IMG/VR virus record: IMGVR_UViG_2974779332_000001 | Span: 32,001-96,000 of that record | Length of the DNA: 64,000 nucleotides | From: a virus | Taxonomy: Duplodnaviria; Caudoviricetes | Strand: one strand, 5' to 3' | Shown: piece by piece, positions 57,198-63,805 of the stretch | How the letters are laid out: every line of letters begins with the position of its first letter | Numbering within the stretch: position 1 is the stretch's first letter | Notes under the pieces: model-generated | What the model was told of the DNA's origin: nothing | Seen by the model: only the letters and a program-made list of their open reading frames with translations | Database searches by the model: none | Translations under genes and position numbers: made by a program

Positions 57198-57273
57198 TCC
57201 GGTGGGGCTACTATTGGCAGTAGCGACGAGCTGTTAACTCGTTTCCCTGTAGGTTCGATTCCTGCCTCCGGAG
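57198..57273 (+). tRNA. tRNA-Asn(GUU)
   Basis: TCCGGTG/CTCCGGA, loop CTGTTAA. Confidence 0.88.
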
Positions 57274-57274
57274 C

Positions 57275-57670
57275 TGGCCGCCAAAGCTTAGGGAAATAGC
57301 TACCCTAGGCACGGATAAACCGGATGGTAGGTCATAGTTTTCTAGATAAGCTATGACTGAGGACAAGGTGGAAACCCGGAGACAAACTGGGGCACGGCCA
57401 ACCATTTATAGATTTGCTAAGGTGCGTAGATTCACAGGCTAGAATGGGTTTTACTGATTTTCAAATCCAGGAGGCGGTGATGAAGAAGGGTTTAGCGGCT
57501 CTACTTACCCAAGAGGAATCAGTTGAGGGTAATCGCGCTAAGTAAAAGAGCGGCTGTTGGGACCGCTTCGAGCATGAGACCCGGCTCAAACGGGGAGTGC
57601 TGCATCCCTTCCAAAGGGTAAGATGGATATCCTATTGATAATAGTGGGTTGGAAATGCCCTCTCCATCAC
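57275..57670 (+). ncRNA. putative ~400-nt large structured RNA between two tRNA-Asn genes
   Basis: No + strand ORF in the ORF track; more than 10 helices including long-range GCCGCC/GGCGGT, ACTGATT/AATCAGT, TTCCAA/TTGGAA. Confidence 0.65.
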
Positions 57671-57672
57671 AT

Positions 57673-57745
57673 TGGCCTATAGTTCAATTGGTAGAGCAGA
57701 TGGTTGTTACCCATCAAGTTGCTGGTTCGAATCCAGCTAGGTCAG
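57673..57745 (+). tRNA. tRNA-Asn(GUU)
   Basis: TGGCCTA/TAGGTCA, loop TTGTTAC. Confidence 0.92.
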
Positions 57746-57776
57746 CGCAAAGCGATTACATCAATCTGCTTACGTC

Positions 57777-57801
57777 AAGTCACCCTTAATGGGTGACTTT
57801 T
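57777..57801 (+). terminator. intrinsic terminator
   Basis: AAGTCACCC-TTAAT-GGGTGACTT-TT. Confidence 0.75.
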
Positions 57802-57825
57802 GGCGTTTTATGGTACCATCGTTTT

Positions 57826-59130
57826 ATGTCAATCGAGATAATTAAGGACGTCACTGTTGAAACTGTGGAAGTTCCCACAGTTGAAGAGTTCGACGCATTG
57901 AAGCAAAAGGTCGATGCTATTCCAACGAGTAGCACATCTGTAAAGGAGCGTCCGTGGGAAGTAGTTGTTACTGAGGGATTCAATGATGCTGCCATAAAGG
58001 CTGGACTGGACAAGGTTCTTTCTGGTCGTAATGGTAACGCAGTTCAGAAGACACTTATTCTTCCACCAGGCGACTTCCATCTAAAGAATCCCCTGCTGAC
58101 TCAGGCAAAAGACAATGGTTCTCAAATTGAAGGACTTAGCATACGGGGGCAGGGCAAGCGAGTAACCAAGGTATTTGTCGATTCAAGCCCGGCAGCGAGT
58201 AGCGACCCTTGGGCCAATAACTTCATCACAGCTCATGGTCTAAGATACTTTACTCTAGAAGACTTCACAGTAGTATCAGGTGGAGAGAACAACAACTTCG
58301 CCTATCTATGGAGTCTAGCCACAGGGCCATACAACCAGGAGTGGAACGTTCAATCCCTTGAATTCCAGGGAGCCTGGAATAGAGTATTTGGGTTTGATGG
58401 AGATGCTACAGCTAACCTCAATTCAGAGTTTGTTATTGATAGAATCTCAACAGCAACAAACTCAAGATTTAAGGACGCGTTCATGCGTCTTGGTGGAATT
58501 GGACAGACTACAAACCAGCAAAACCAGTTTCTCAACTACTGGATTACTAACAGCCAGTTTGTACTGACATCAGGAACAGTCTTCCGATTTGACCGAGGTG
58601 GAAGCGTTCGTATCGCACGTGGAAGCTGGAGTGCAGCCAACAAGACTGATGGACCTATCACGTTCCTCAGCATGCCTGTCAGCGATTTCAACAACAGGTC
58701 AGCCACTCAGGTGTCCGTCAGAGATATCCGCTTTGAGCCAAAGGCTGCCAACCATCGTGTCATCGACTGTGCTTGGGGCAACGGAAGCATCACCTTCGAT
58801 GACTGTGCTGACCTGGGAAGCTTGCAGAACGACGCAGCCATGGAGTATGCTACTCACAGATACGTCGGACAGTCTCCTTGGGGATTTGGTGTCATGCCAA
58901 CCGTGAGGTATCGCAACTGTCAGCTTGTAGGGTATCATCTGTATGAAGGCCCGGAAGTGAAGAGAGGCAACATTGTCTATGATGGTTGCTACTTCTACCG
59001 TGGTGGGTCTGGACAGAAGGCTCCAGCAGTTGCTACGCTAGGACCGAAGACGGCACTGAGCTGGACATCAGGAGCACCAAAGTTCAGATTCAGTGAATGT
59101 GAGAATGTAGACAATGCAACTAACGTGTGA
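57826..59130 (+). CDS. right-handed beta-helix protein (pectate lyase-like / putative depolymerase)
   Basis: D.AI.AG.D, LILPPG.F.L, L.I.G.G...T N-terminal cap; beta-rich repeats. Confidence 0.7.
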   Translation: MSIEIIKDVTVETVEVPTVEEFDALKQKVDAIPTSSTSVKERPWEVVVTEGFNDAAIKAGLDKVLSGRNGNAVQKTLILPPGDFHLKNPLLTQAKDNGSQIEGLSIRGQGKRVTKVFVDSSPAASSDPWANNFITAHGLRYFTLEDFTVVSGGENNNFAYLWSLATGPYNQEWNVQSLEFQGAWNRVFGFDGDATANLNSEFVIDRISTATNSRFKDAFMRLGGIGQTTNQQNQFLNYWITNSQFVLTSGTVFRFDRGGSVRIARGSWSAANKTDGPITFLSMPVSDFNNRSATQVSVRDIRFEPKAANHRVIDCAWGNGSITFDDCADLGSLQNDAAMEYATHRYVGQSPWGFGVMPTVRYRNCQLVGYHLYEGPEVKRGNIVYDGCYFYRGGSGQKAPAVATLGPKTALSWTSGAPKFRFSECENVDNATNV

Positions 59131-59161
59131 TACCCTTAAAAGACTATTTTAAGGAGTCACC

Positions 59162-59326
59162 GTGAGATTTGCTAGTGGTTTGAGGCCCGGCAGTAAGACG
59201 AAGTATGGTACTGTCGTAGCAGCCCAACGTACCCTTGATGGCAAGAAGATACAGTTGACACTGTCAGGCCGTCCTGGTAACGTAGTAATCAGCAAGTACG
59301 CAATCGTCCGAACACTTTGGAGATGA
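59162..59326 (+). CDS. small basic SH3-like protein
   Basis: AAGGAG RBS, GTG start; ASGLRPG....GTVV. Confidence 0.55.
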   Translation: MRFASGLRPGSKTKYGTVVAAQRTLDGKKIQLTLSGRPGNVVISKYAIVRTLWR

Positions 59327-59328
59327 AG

Positions 59329-59730
59329 ATGGCTGTTAATCTTGGCGATGACGCTGCCAAGGAAGCCGAAGAGGACATCAAGGAAGACCTTGATGATGGT
59401 CGCCCTATCAAGGAGATTGTCAAGGACGCTGCCAAGGCATATGCTAAGGCCAAGGGTCGTCAGGCTTTCTTCGCTGCTGTGAAGCTAATGAAGGCTAAGC
59501 AGAAGGAGCAGGGCAAGAGCAACACATCTGGAGTAAAGGCAATGCAGAAGAAGGCTTCTCAGCTTCGTGTCGGTGACATCACCTCTGATGGTGAGGTTCT
59601 GACTGTTGGCAGGTCTCCTGTTGACAAGAAGCAGTATGAGGTTGTTTTCATGGGTTCCTCTGGCTCCGACCGTCAAATTGTTGACCAGAACACCAAGTAC
59701 GAAGTTGTTGAGCGTCGAAGCATTCGCTGA
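59329..59730 (+). CDS. hypothetical protein with SH3-like C-terminus
   Basis: ASQLRVGD....EVLTV, similar to the preceding ORF. Confidence 0.6.
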   Translation: MAVNLGDDAAKEAEEDIKEDLDDGRPIKEIVKDAAKAYAKAKGRQAFFAAVKLMKAKQKEQGKSNTSGVKAMQKKASQLRVGDITSDGEVLTVGRSPVDKKQYEVVFMGSSGSDRQIVDQNTKYEVVERRSIR

Positions 59731-59749
59731 ACAACGGCCTTCGGGCCAC

Positions 59750-59821
59750 GTCCCTATAGTTTAGAGGATAGAACGGTTGCCTCCTAAGCAACAGACGCAG
59801 GTTCGATTCCTGCTGGGGACA
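59750..59821 (+). tRNA. tRNA-Arg(CCU)
   Basis: GTCCCTA/TGGGGAC, loop CTCCTAA. Confidence 0.92.
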
Positions 59822-59822
59822 C

Positions 59823-60071
59823 ATGGCAAATGATGATAAGGTCTATCTGGTATGGACCTACACCGAAAGCACCGACCCTGACACTGAGGGTCAAATTGAA
59901 TACCTTGGCGTGGCAATGTCAGAAAAGCGTGCCAAGGAAATTGCCGACAGTTACGAGCCCGGCAGTGAGTGGACAAAGGAAGAGGATTACTACTGGACCT
60001 ATAAGTCTGACTCACGGTGGGGTCATAACGCAACTCACGAGGTCTGCTACGAACCGCTTGACGTACTGTGA
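59823..60071 (+). CDS. hypothetical protein
   Basis: KVYLV...LGV..S...A motif. Confidence 0.55.
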   Translation: MANDDKVYLVWTYTESTDPDTEGQIEYLGVAMSEKRAKEIADSYEPGSEWTKEEDYYWTYKSDSRWGHNATHEVCYEPLDVL

Positions 60072-60086
60072 GCGACGTAGTAGAGT
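60058..60086 (+). promoter_or_regulatory. sigma70-type promoter
   Basis: TTGACG-17 bp-TAGAGT. Confidence 0.6.
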
Positions 60087-60140
60087 AGAACCTAGAACGA
60101 CACCTCCTAAGTGTCTTGGGTACACAAACTAGGAGGAAAA

Positions 60141-60284
60141 ATGATTTACATCGTAACTGACGGAGTCTGCTGCTGCGGCATCGAGATTCTAGGAGTCTTC
60201 ACCACAAAGGAAAAGGCTCAGAAGTTCATTGACGGCGACGAGAAATACAAGTACGCTGACATTGAAGAACACGAAGCAGAATAA
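60141..60284 (+). CDS. small hypothetical protein
   Basis: AGGAGG RBS; IYIV...ILGVFTT.EKA, paralogous to the previous ORF. Confidence 0.65.
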   Translation: MIYIVTDGVCCCGIEILGVFTTKEKAQKFIDGDEKYKYADIEEHEAE

Positions 60285-60299
60285 GCCCGAAAGGGTTTT

Positions 60300-60372
60300 G
60301 GGGTTGTAGCTCAACTGGAAGAGCATCTGCATGGCATGCAGAAGGTTGTGGGTTCGAGTCCCATCTTCTCCA
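60300..60372 (+). tRNA. tRNA-Ala(GGC)
   Basis: GGGGTTG/CTTCTCC (G3-U70, two U-U mismatches), loop ATGGCAT. Confidence 0.88.
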
Positions 60373-60382
60373 CAAGTTTTTA

Positions 60383-60540
60383 TCAGTTTTCAACGGAACG
60401 AAAACTGAACGGTGCTCAGCTCTAGCAGGCTGAATTCGGTAGCAAGGTATAGCCCGTAGACCCCTTGCAGCGTACAGACCACATGTGCTAGCATGGTACG
60501 TATTGGGGGAGGGCGAGGTTGGTCGCTTCAAACTCCCATC
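60383..60540 (+). ncRNA. putative multi-hairpin/pseudoknot ncRNA
   Basis: TCAGTTTTC/GAAAACTGA, TCAGC/GCTGA with loop CTAGCA pairing TGCTAG, GCAAGG/CCTTGC, CGTAC/GTACG, GGGAG/CTCCC. Confidence 0.5.
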
Positions 60541-60585
60541 ATATATATAATAGATAAAAGCCCTAGGGTACCCTAGGGCAACCAA

Positions 60586-60658
60586 GCTCCGGTAGCTCAG
60601 TTGGTAGAGCAGGCGGCTCTTAACCGTCGTGTCGCTGGTTCAAGTCCAGTTCGGAGTA
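60586..60658 (+). tRNA. tRNA-Lys(CUU)
   Basis: GCTCCGG/TCGGAGT, loop CTCTTAA. Confidence 0.93.
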
Positions 60659-60661
60659 CAA

Positions 60662-60772
60662 AGGATGATTGCAAGCATCCTCAATCACATTGGGGTTCGA
60701 CTCCCAGTGGTAAACAATGTGGTGTAATCGAGAAGAAAAGGCGAGGTCGTTGGACCTGCTGTCTAGCTTCTC
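60662..60772 (+). ncRNA. putative ncRNA with pseudoknot and T-loop
   Basis: AGGATG/CATCCT + TGATTG/CAATCA; CATTGGG-GTTCGACT-CCCAGTG; GAGAAG/CTTCTC. Confidence 0.45.
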
Positions 60773-60778
60773 CCTTAT

Positions 60779-60853
60779 GGTCCAGTCGCACAGTCTGGTA
60801 GTGCAATTGACTTTTAATCTTTGTGGACGTGGGTTCGAATCCCACCTGGACCA
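60779..60853 (+). tRNA. tRNA-Lys(UUU), mismatched anticodon stem
   Basis: GGTCCAG/CTGGACC, ATTGA-CTTTTAA-TCTTT. Confidence 0.85.
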
Positions 60854-60854
60854 C

Positions 60855-61007
60855 ATGAAACAGTGGAGTGCAGGCGAAAAGGTAATTCGTAACAACAACA
60901 CTGATGCTGGTGAAGTCATCAGCCAGAATGGAAAGCAAGTAACTGTCAAGCTTGACAGTGGCGGTACAAAAGTTCTTGGGGCCAATGACCTCAAGCGTAG
61001 GCGCTAA
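60855..61007 (+). CDS. small SH3-like protein
   Basis: W.AGEKV......GEV.....VTVKLD.G....L...DL. Confidence 0.6.
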   Translation: MKQWSAGEKVIRNNNTDAGEVISQNGKQVTVKLDSGGTKVLGANDLKRRR

Positions 61008-61016
61008 GGCGCTTTT

Positions 61017-61089
61017 CCCTCTGTGGCGCAACGGATAGCGCAGCGGTCTTCGAAGTCGTTGGTTGGGGGTTCGAATCCCTCCAGAGGGG
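61017..61089 (+). tRNA. tRNA-Arg(UCG)
   Basis: CCCTCTG/CAGAGGG, loop CTTCGAA. Confidence 0.9.
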
Positions 61090-61298
61090 CCTTGACATAG
61101 CCAAGATGGCATGTCAGAATGTTAACAGGACGCAGCGGACAAGGCTTAGGCGGATGAAACAAGCCGGTGGGATGCGAGTGGCTGACCAGTCCTGTTGACA
61201 CAAGCGGGGAACGTTGAGTATGCTAACCTCATAGAGGAACGACGACTAACAAGTTCCCCGCTTTTCATTAAACAAATCTAGTAACTAGGAGTTACAAC

Positions 61299-62108
61299 AT
61301 GGGTTTCTTCGGCAACAAGTCCAAGCCTGCTTTCGTTCGGTCTCGGACTCTTACGCCTAAGAAGACTGTTCGACTGACGTACTTCTCCAACAGTGGTCCG
61401 GCTGTCAGTCTCCAGAAGATTTCCAATGTGAGTCTTCGCAAGGAGGTTGAGGACACTGCTAAGGTCATCAAGAAGGGTGGAGCCCTCGGTGTCAAGTGGG
61501 CCGTTCTCGGTGCCGTTGACACTTCTGGTTCAATGGGTGGCCTTTACCAGAGTGGTGCTGTTCAGACGGTAACTGACCGTGCGCTAGCTTTCACGCTTTC
61601 AATCGATGAGGATGGGTTCATTCCCTTTGCCACATTCGGTGAGCGCTTCAAGTGGCGCAAGGAAGTTGGTCAGGCTGACTACCAGAACCTCGTTCGTACT
61701 GAGGGCTGGGACCGAGGTCTTGAGTATGGCACTGTCCTTGCCAAGACTGTTCGAGAGATTACCGCTCTAGCCAAGGGTGCCGACACTCCTGTCTATGCGT
61801 TTATCATCACTGATGGTGAGCCTACGGACGGTAAGGAGAATGTCTTCAAGGCCATCCAGGAGGCTTCTCAGTACCCCATCTTCTTCAAGTTCCTTGCGGT
61901 TGGTGGAAACCGAGGTGCCATTGCATTCCTCAACGAGCTTGACGACATGGAGCGCACTCGTCCTGGTTCACGTCTGTTTGACAACGTGGACACGGCTGAG
62001 ATTCCTGACCCCAAGCGCGTGTCAACTGAGCAGTTCGCTGCTATGATGACTGAGGAGATGGCGAACACCATCCAGGGCATGAAGGATGCTGGTCTAGTCA
62101 CTGGTTGA
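61299..62108 (+). CDS. vWA domain protein (TerF-associated vWA-like)
   Basis: DTSGSM..LY..G.VQ, D.DG, ITDG.P, YPIFF.F..VG, L.ELDD, R.FDN. Confidence 0.85.
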   Translation: MGFFGNKSKPAFVRSRTLTPKKTVRLTYFSNSGPAVSLQKISNVSLRKEVEDTAKVIKKGGALGVKWAVLGAVDTSGSMGGLYQSGAVQTVTDRALAFTLSIDEDGFIPFATFGERFKWRKEVGQADYQNLVRTEGWDRGLEYGTVLAKTVREITALAKGADTPVYAFIITDGEPTDGKENVFKAIQEASQYPIFFKFLAVGGNRGAIAFLNELDDMERTRPGSRLFDNVDTAEIPDPKRVSTEQFAAMMTEEMANTIQGMKDAGLVTG

Positions 62109-62133
62109 CAGACACGCTCTGATGATGTAGAGT
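62105..62133 (+). promoter_or_regulatory. sigma70-type promoter
   Basis: TTGACA-17 bp-TAGAGT. Confidence 0.7.
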
Positions 62134-62144
62134 AGTAAACATCA

Positions 62145-62337
62145 GGGAAACCCGCTCAAACTTGGCCGAAGGCCCGGTGGCGTTCAGGGAAGCGGGGATG
62201 TAGGATAGAGTGAACGTACTCCTACAACAGCAAAGACTAAAATCCCAGTCTGAGGCTGATTATGATAGGGTAGTGCTAAAGGTGAAGAGGTGGAGGCGAA
62301 AGCCAGAGAAGCTTAGGACTCACCCCAAAGCACTATA
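62145..62337 (+). ncRNA. putative ~190-nt structured RNA at the 5' end of the tRNA-Met transcript
   Basis: CCCGCT/AGCGGG, TGTAGGA/TCCTACA, loop-loop CGTTCA/TGAACG, AGACT/AGTCT, TAGTGCT/AGCACTA, GGTGA/TCACC, GGC-GAAA-GCC. Confidence 0.6.
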
Positions 62338-62339
62338 AT

Positions 62340-62411
62340 GGCAGTGTGGTGAAACGGCTATCACGTTCCCCTCATAAGGGAAAATCGAAGGTTCGATTCC
62401 TTCCATTGCTA
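62340..62411 (+). tRNA. tRNA-Met(CAU)
   Basis: GGCAGTG/CATTGCT, loop CTCATAA. Confidence 0.9.
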
Positions 62412-62413
62412 CT

Positions 62414-62485
62414 TGCAGGTTAGTGAAACGGTATCACGTAGGGCTCATAATCCTAAATTCCTGTTCGAATCAGGGCCTGCCCCCA
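62414..62485 (+). tRNA. tRNA-Met(CAU), initiator-like
   Basis: 1-72 mismatch, GGG in anticodon stem, encoded CCA. Confidence 0.75.
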
Positions 62486-62520
62486 CGTAGTACAAAAATA
62501 AAAACAACAAGGAGAATCAA

Positions 62521-62652
62521 ATGCCTGGTCCGATGTCTACCCCCAACTCCCCGAAGCGTCCGACTCTCGCTGAGAAGGTTCAGCGCGGAATGGACCTGAT
62601 GAAGGGTAAGCTTCCGAAGTCTGGGAAGACTGCGAAGGTCCACGGCCGGTAA
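62521..62652 (+). CDS. small basic peptide
   Basis: AAGGAG RBS, 43 aa. Confidence 0.55.
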   Translation: MPGPMSTPNSPKRPTLAEKVQRGMDLMKGKLPKSGKTAKVHGR

Positions 62653-62667
62653 CCTCAAGGAGGTTTA

Positions 62668-62847
62668 GTGGCTGACAAGTATAGCGTTAAGGAACATCTT
62701 GAGACGGTCTATGATAAGACCATATTGCAAGACAGAATTAACGCTCTCCAAGAGATAGTTGACAAGCGCCGTAGAGGTGGTAAGATTATCTCAGAGCACA
62801 AGCAAACCGGTAGAGTTCACCAATGGTTGCTCTACTACGTAAAATAA
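62668..62847 (+). CDS. small hypothetical protein
   Basis: AAGGAGG RBS, GTG start, 59 aa. Confidence 0.6.
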   Translation: MADKYSVKEHLETVYDKTILQDRINALQEIVDKRRRGGKIISEHKQTGRVHQWLLYYVK

Positions 62848-62862
62848 GCCCTTCGGGGTTCT

Positions 62863-62934
62863 GCATGTAAGCCAGGGACAAGCTAGGCGGGTCTGTAAAA
62901 CCCTACCTCGGAGGTTCGAATCCTCCTACATGCA
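62863..62934 (+). tRNA. tRNA-Tyr(GUA), short variable arm
   Basis: GCATGTA/TACATGC, GGGT-CTGTAAA-ACCC. Confidence 0.8.
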
Positions 62935-62937
62935 CTT

Positions 62938-63019
62938 GTAGGTGATAGGCCAATGGATGGCTCAAACGCATAAGCGTGGATACCCTGAAAAAGCACGGTT
63001 CGATTCCGGCATCACCCAC
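62938..63019 (+). ncRNA. aberrant tRNA-like element
   Basis: GGTGAT/ATCACC closing stem, GCCA/TGGC, ACGC-ATAA-GCGT, CGG-TTCGATT-CCG. Confidence 0.45.
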
Positions 63020-63125
63020 ATTAGACCGGGTTACATCCTACCTGGAAGCTTACAGCTTGACATTCTGTCTAAGGGCCCTTAGAGTTAACACAGAACGTCC
63101 GGCCGAGGAGCAAAGGATGTCCTAT

Positions 63126-63200
63126 GGTGGCTGTATCATAAAAGTAATGTACTAGGCTGTGAACCTAGGTAAGAGGGGGCGGTACCCTCCAGTCACCCCA
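63126..63200 (+). tRNA. tRNA-His(GUG), G-1:C73, non-canonical T loop
   Basis: G-GTGGCTG/CAGTCAC-C-CCA, loop CTGTGAA, T loop GGCGGTA. Confidence 0.8.
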
Positions 63201-63223
63201 AGTAGGTTTAAACCTACATCGAT

Positions 63224-63299
63224 GGGGTTGGTAGCTCAATTGGATTAGAGCGCTGCGTTGTGGTCGCAGTGGTTGAGGGTTCGAGTCCCTTCCTTCCCA
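63224..63299 (+). tRNA. tRNA-His(GUG) anticodon with atypical acceptor (A73, two U-U)
   Basis: GGGTTGG/CCTTCCC-A, CTGCG-TTGTGGT-CGCAG. Confidence 0.75.
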
Positions 63300-63305
63300 C
63301 CTTAA

Positions 63306-63391
63306 GCTGTCGTAGCTCAAGCTTCTGCCTAAAGCAGAAAAGAGCAGGCTAGCGTGGAGCTAGCAAGATACTGAATTAACAGTCGATGGCG
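63306..63391 (+). ncRNA. tRNA-shaped element with hairpin in D loop and degenerate T loop
   Basis: GCTGTCG/CGATGGC, TA-GCTC..GAGC with TTCTGC/GCAGAA insert, GCTAGC/GCTAGC, ACTG-AATTAA-CAGT. Confidence 0.5.
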
Positions 63392-63394
63392 CAT

Positions 63395-63466
63395 GGGCAT
63401 GTAGCTCAGTTGGTAGAGCTTCGGTGTGAAGTACCGAGTGCGAGGGTTCGATTCCCTACTTGCCCA
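63395..63466 (+). tRNA. tRNA-Phe(GAA)
   Basis: GGGCATG/CTTGCCC, TCGGT-GTGAAGT-ACCGA. Confidence 0.85.
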
Positions 63467-63467
63467 C

Positions 63468-63803
63468 ATGAATAGAATGAGAAAGGTAGCAAGTGCTAGC
63501 CTTCTTCTCGTTCTTGTTGGATGTGCTCAGCATGATGACAAGATAGAACTTACAAAGACAGACAGAGCGTTTGTTAAAGTAGTGCGAGAAGAAATCACTG
63601 GCGTCGAAGACAAGAGTGACGAATATCTCGTCATCAAGGGACATCATGTTTGCACTTATGCTGAGAACATGGAAACATTCCCAGTAGTCATAGCCTGGAC
63701 AAAGAGGGATACTGGCCTTACGGCGTCAGATTCCTCTTACTTCTCTGGGGCTGCGATTGCTGCGTATTGCCCCCAGCACGTAAATATGATTCCAGGAAGA
63801 TAA
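63468..63803 (+). CDS. lipoprotein (DUF732-like)
   Basis: Signal peptide with lipobox LVGC; D.AF, G..VC, F..AA..AYCP. Confidence 0.75.
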   Translation: MNRMRKVASASLLLVLVGCAQHDDKIELTKTDRAFVKVVREEITGVEDKSDEYLVIKGHHVCTYAENMETFPVVIAWTKRDTGLTASDSSYFSGAAIAAYCPQHVNMIPGR

Positions 63804-63805
63804 AC

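Noticed and set aside
57481-57545. 21-codon ORF after AGGAGG inside the 400-nt RNA
   Set aside because: The RBS-like bases belong to the GCCGCC/GGCGGT helix region and the ORF is fully embedded in helices; kept only as an alternative explanation.
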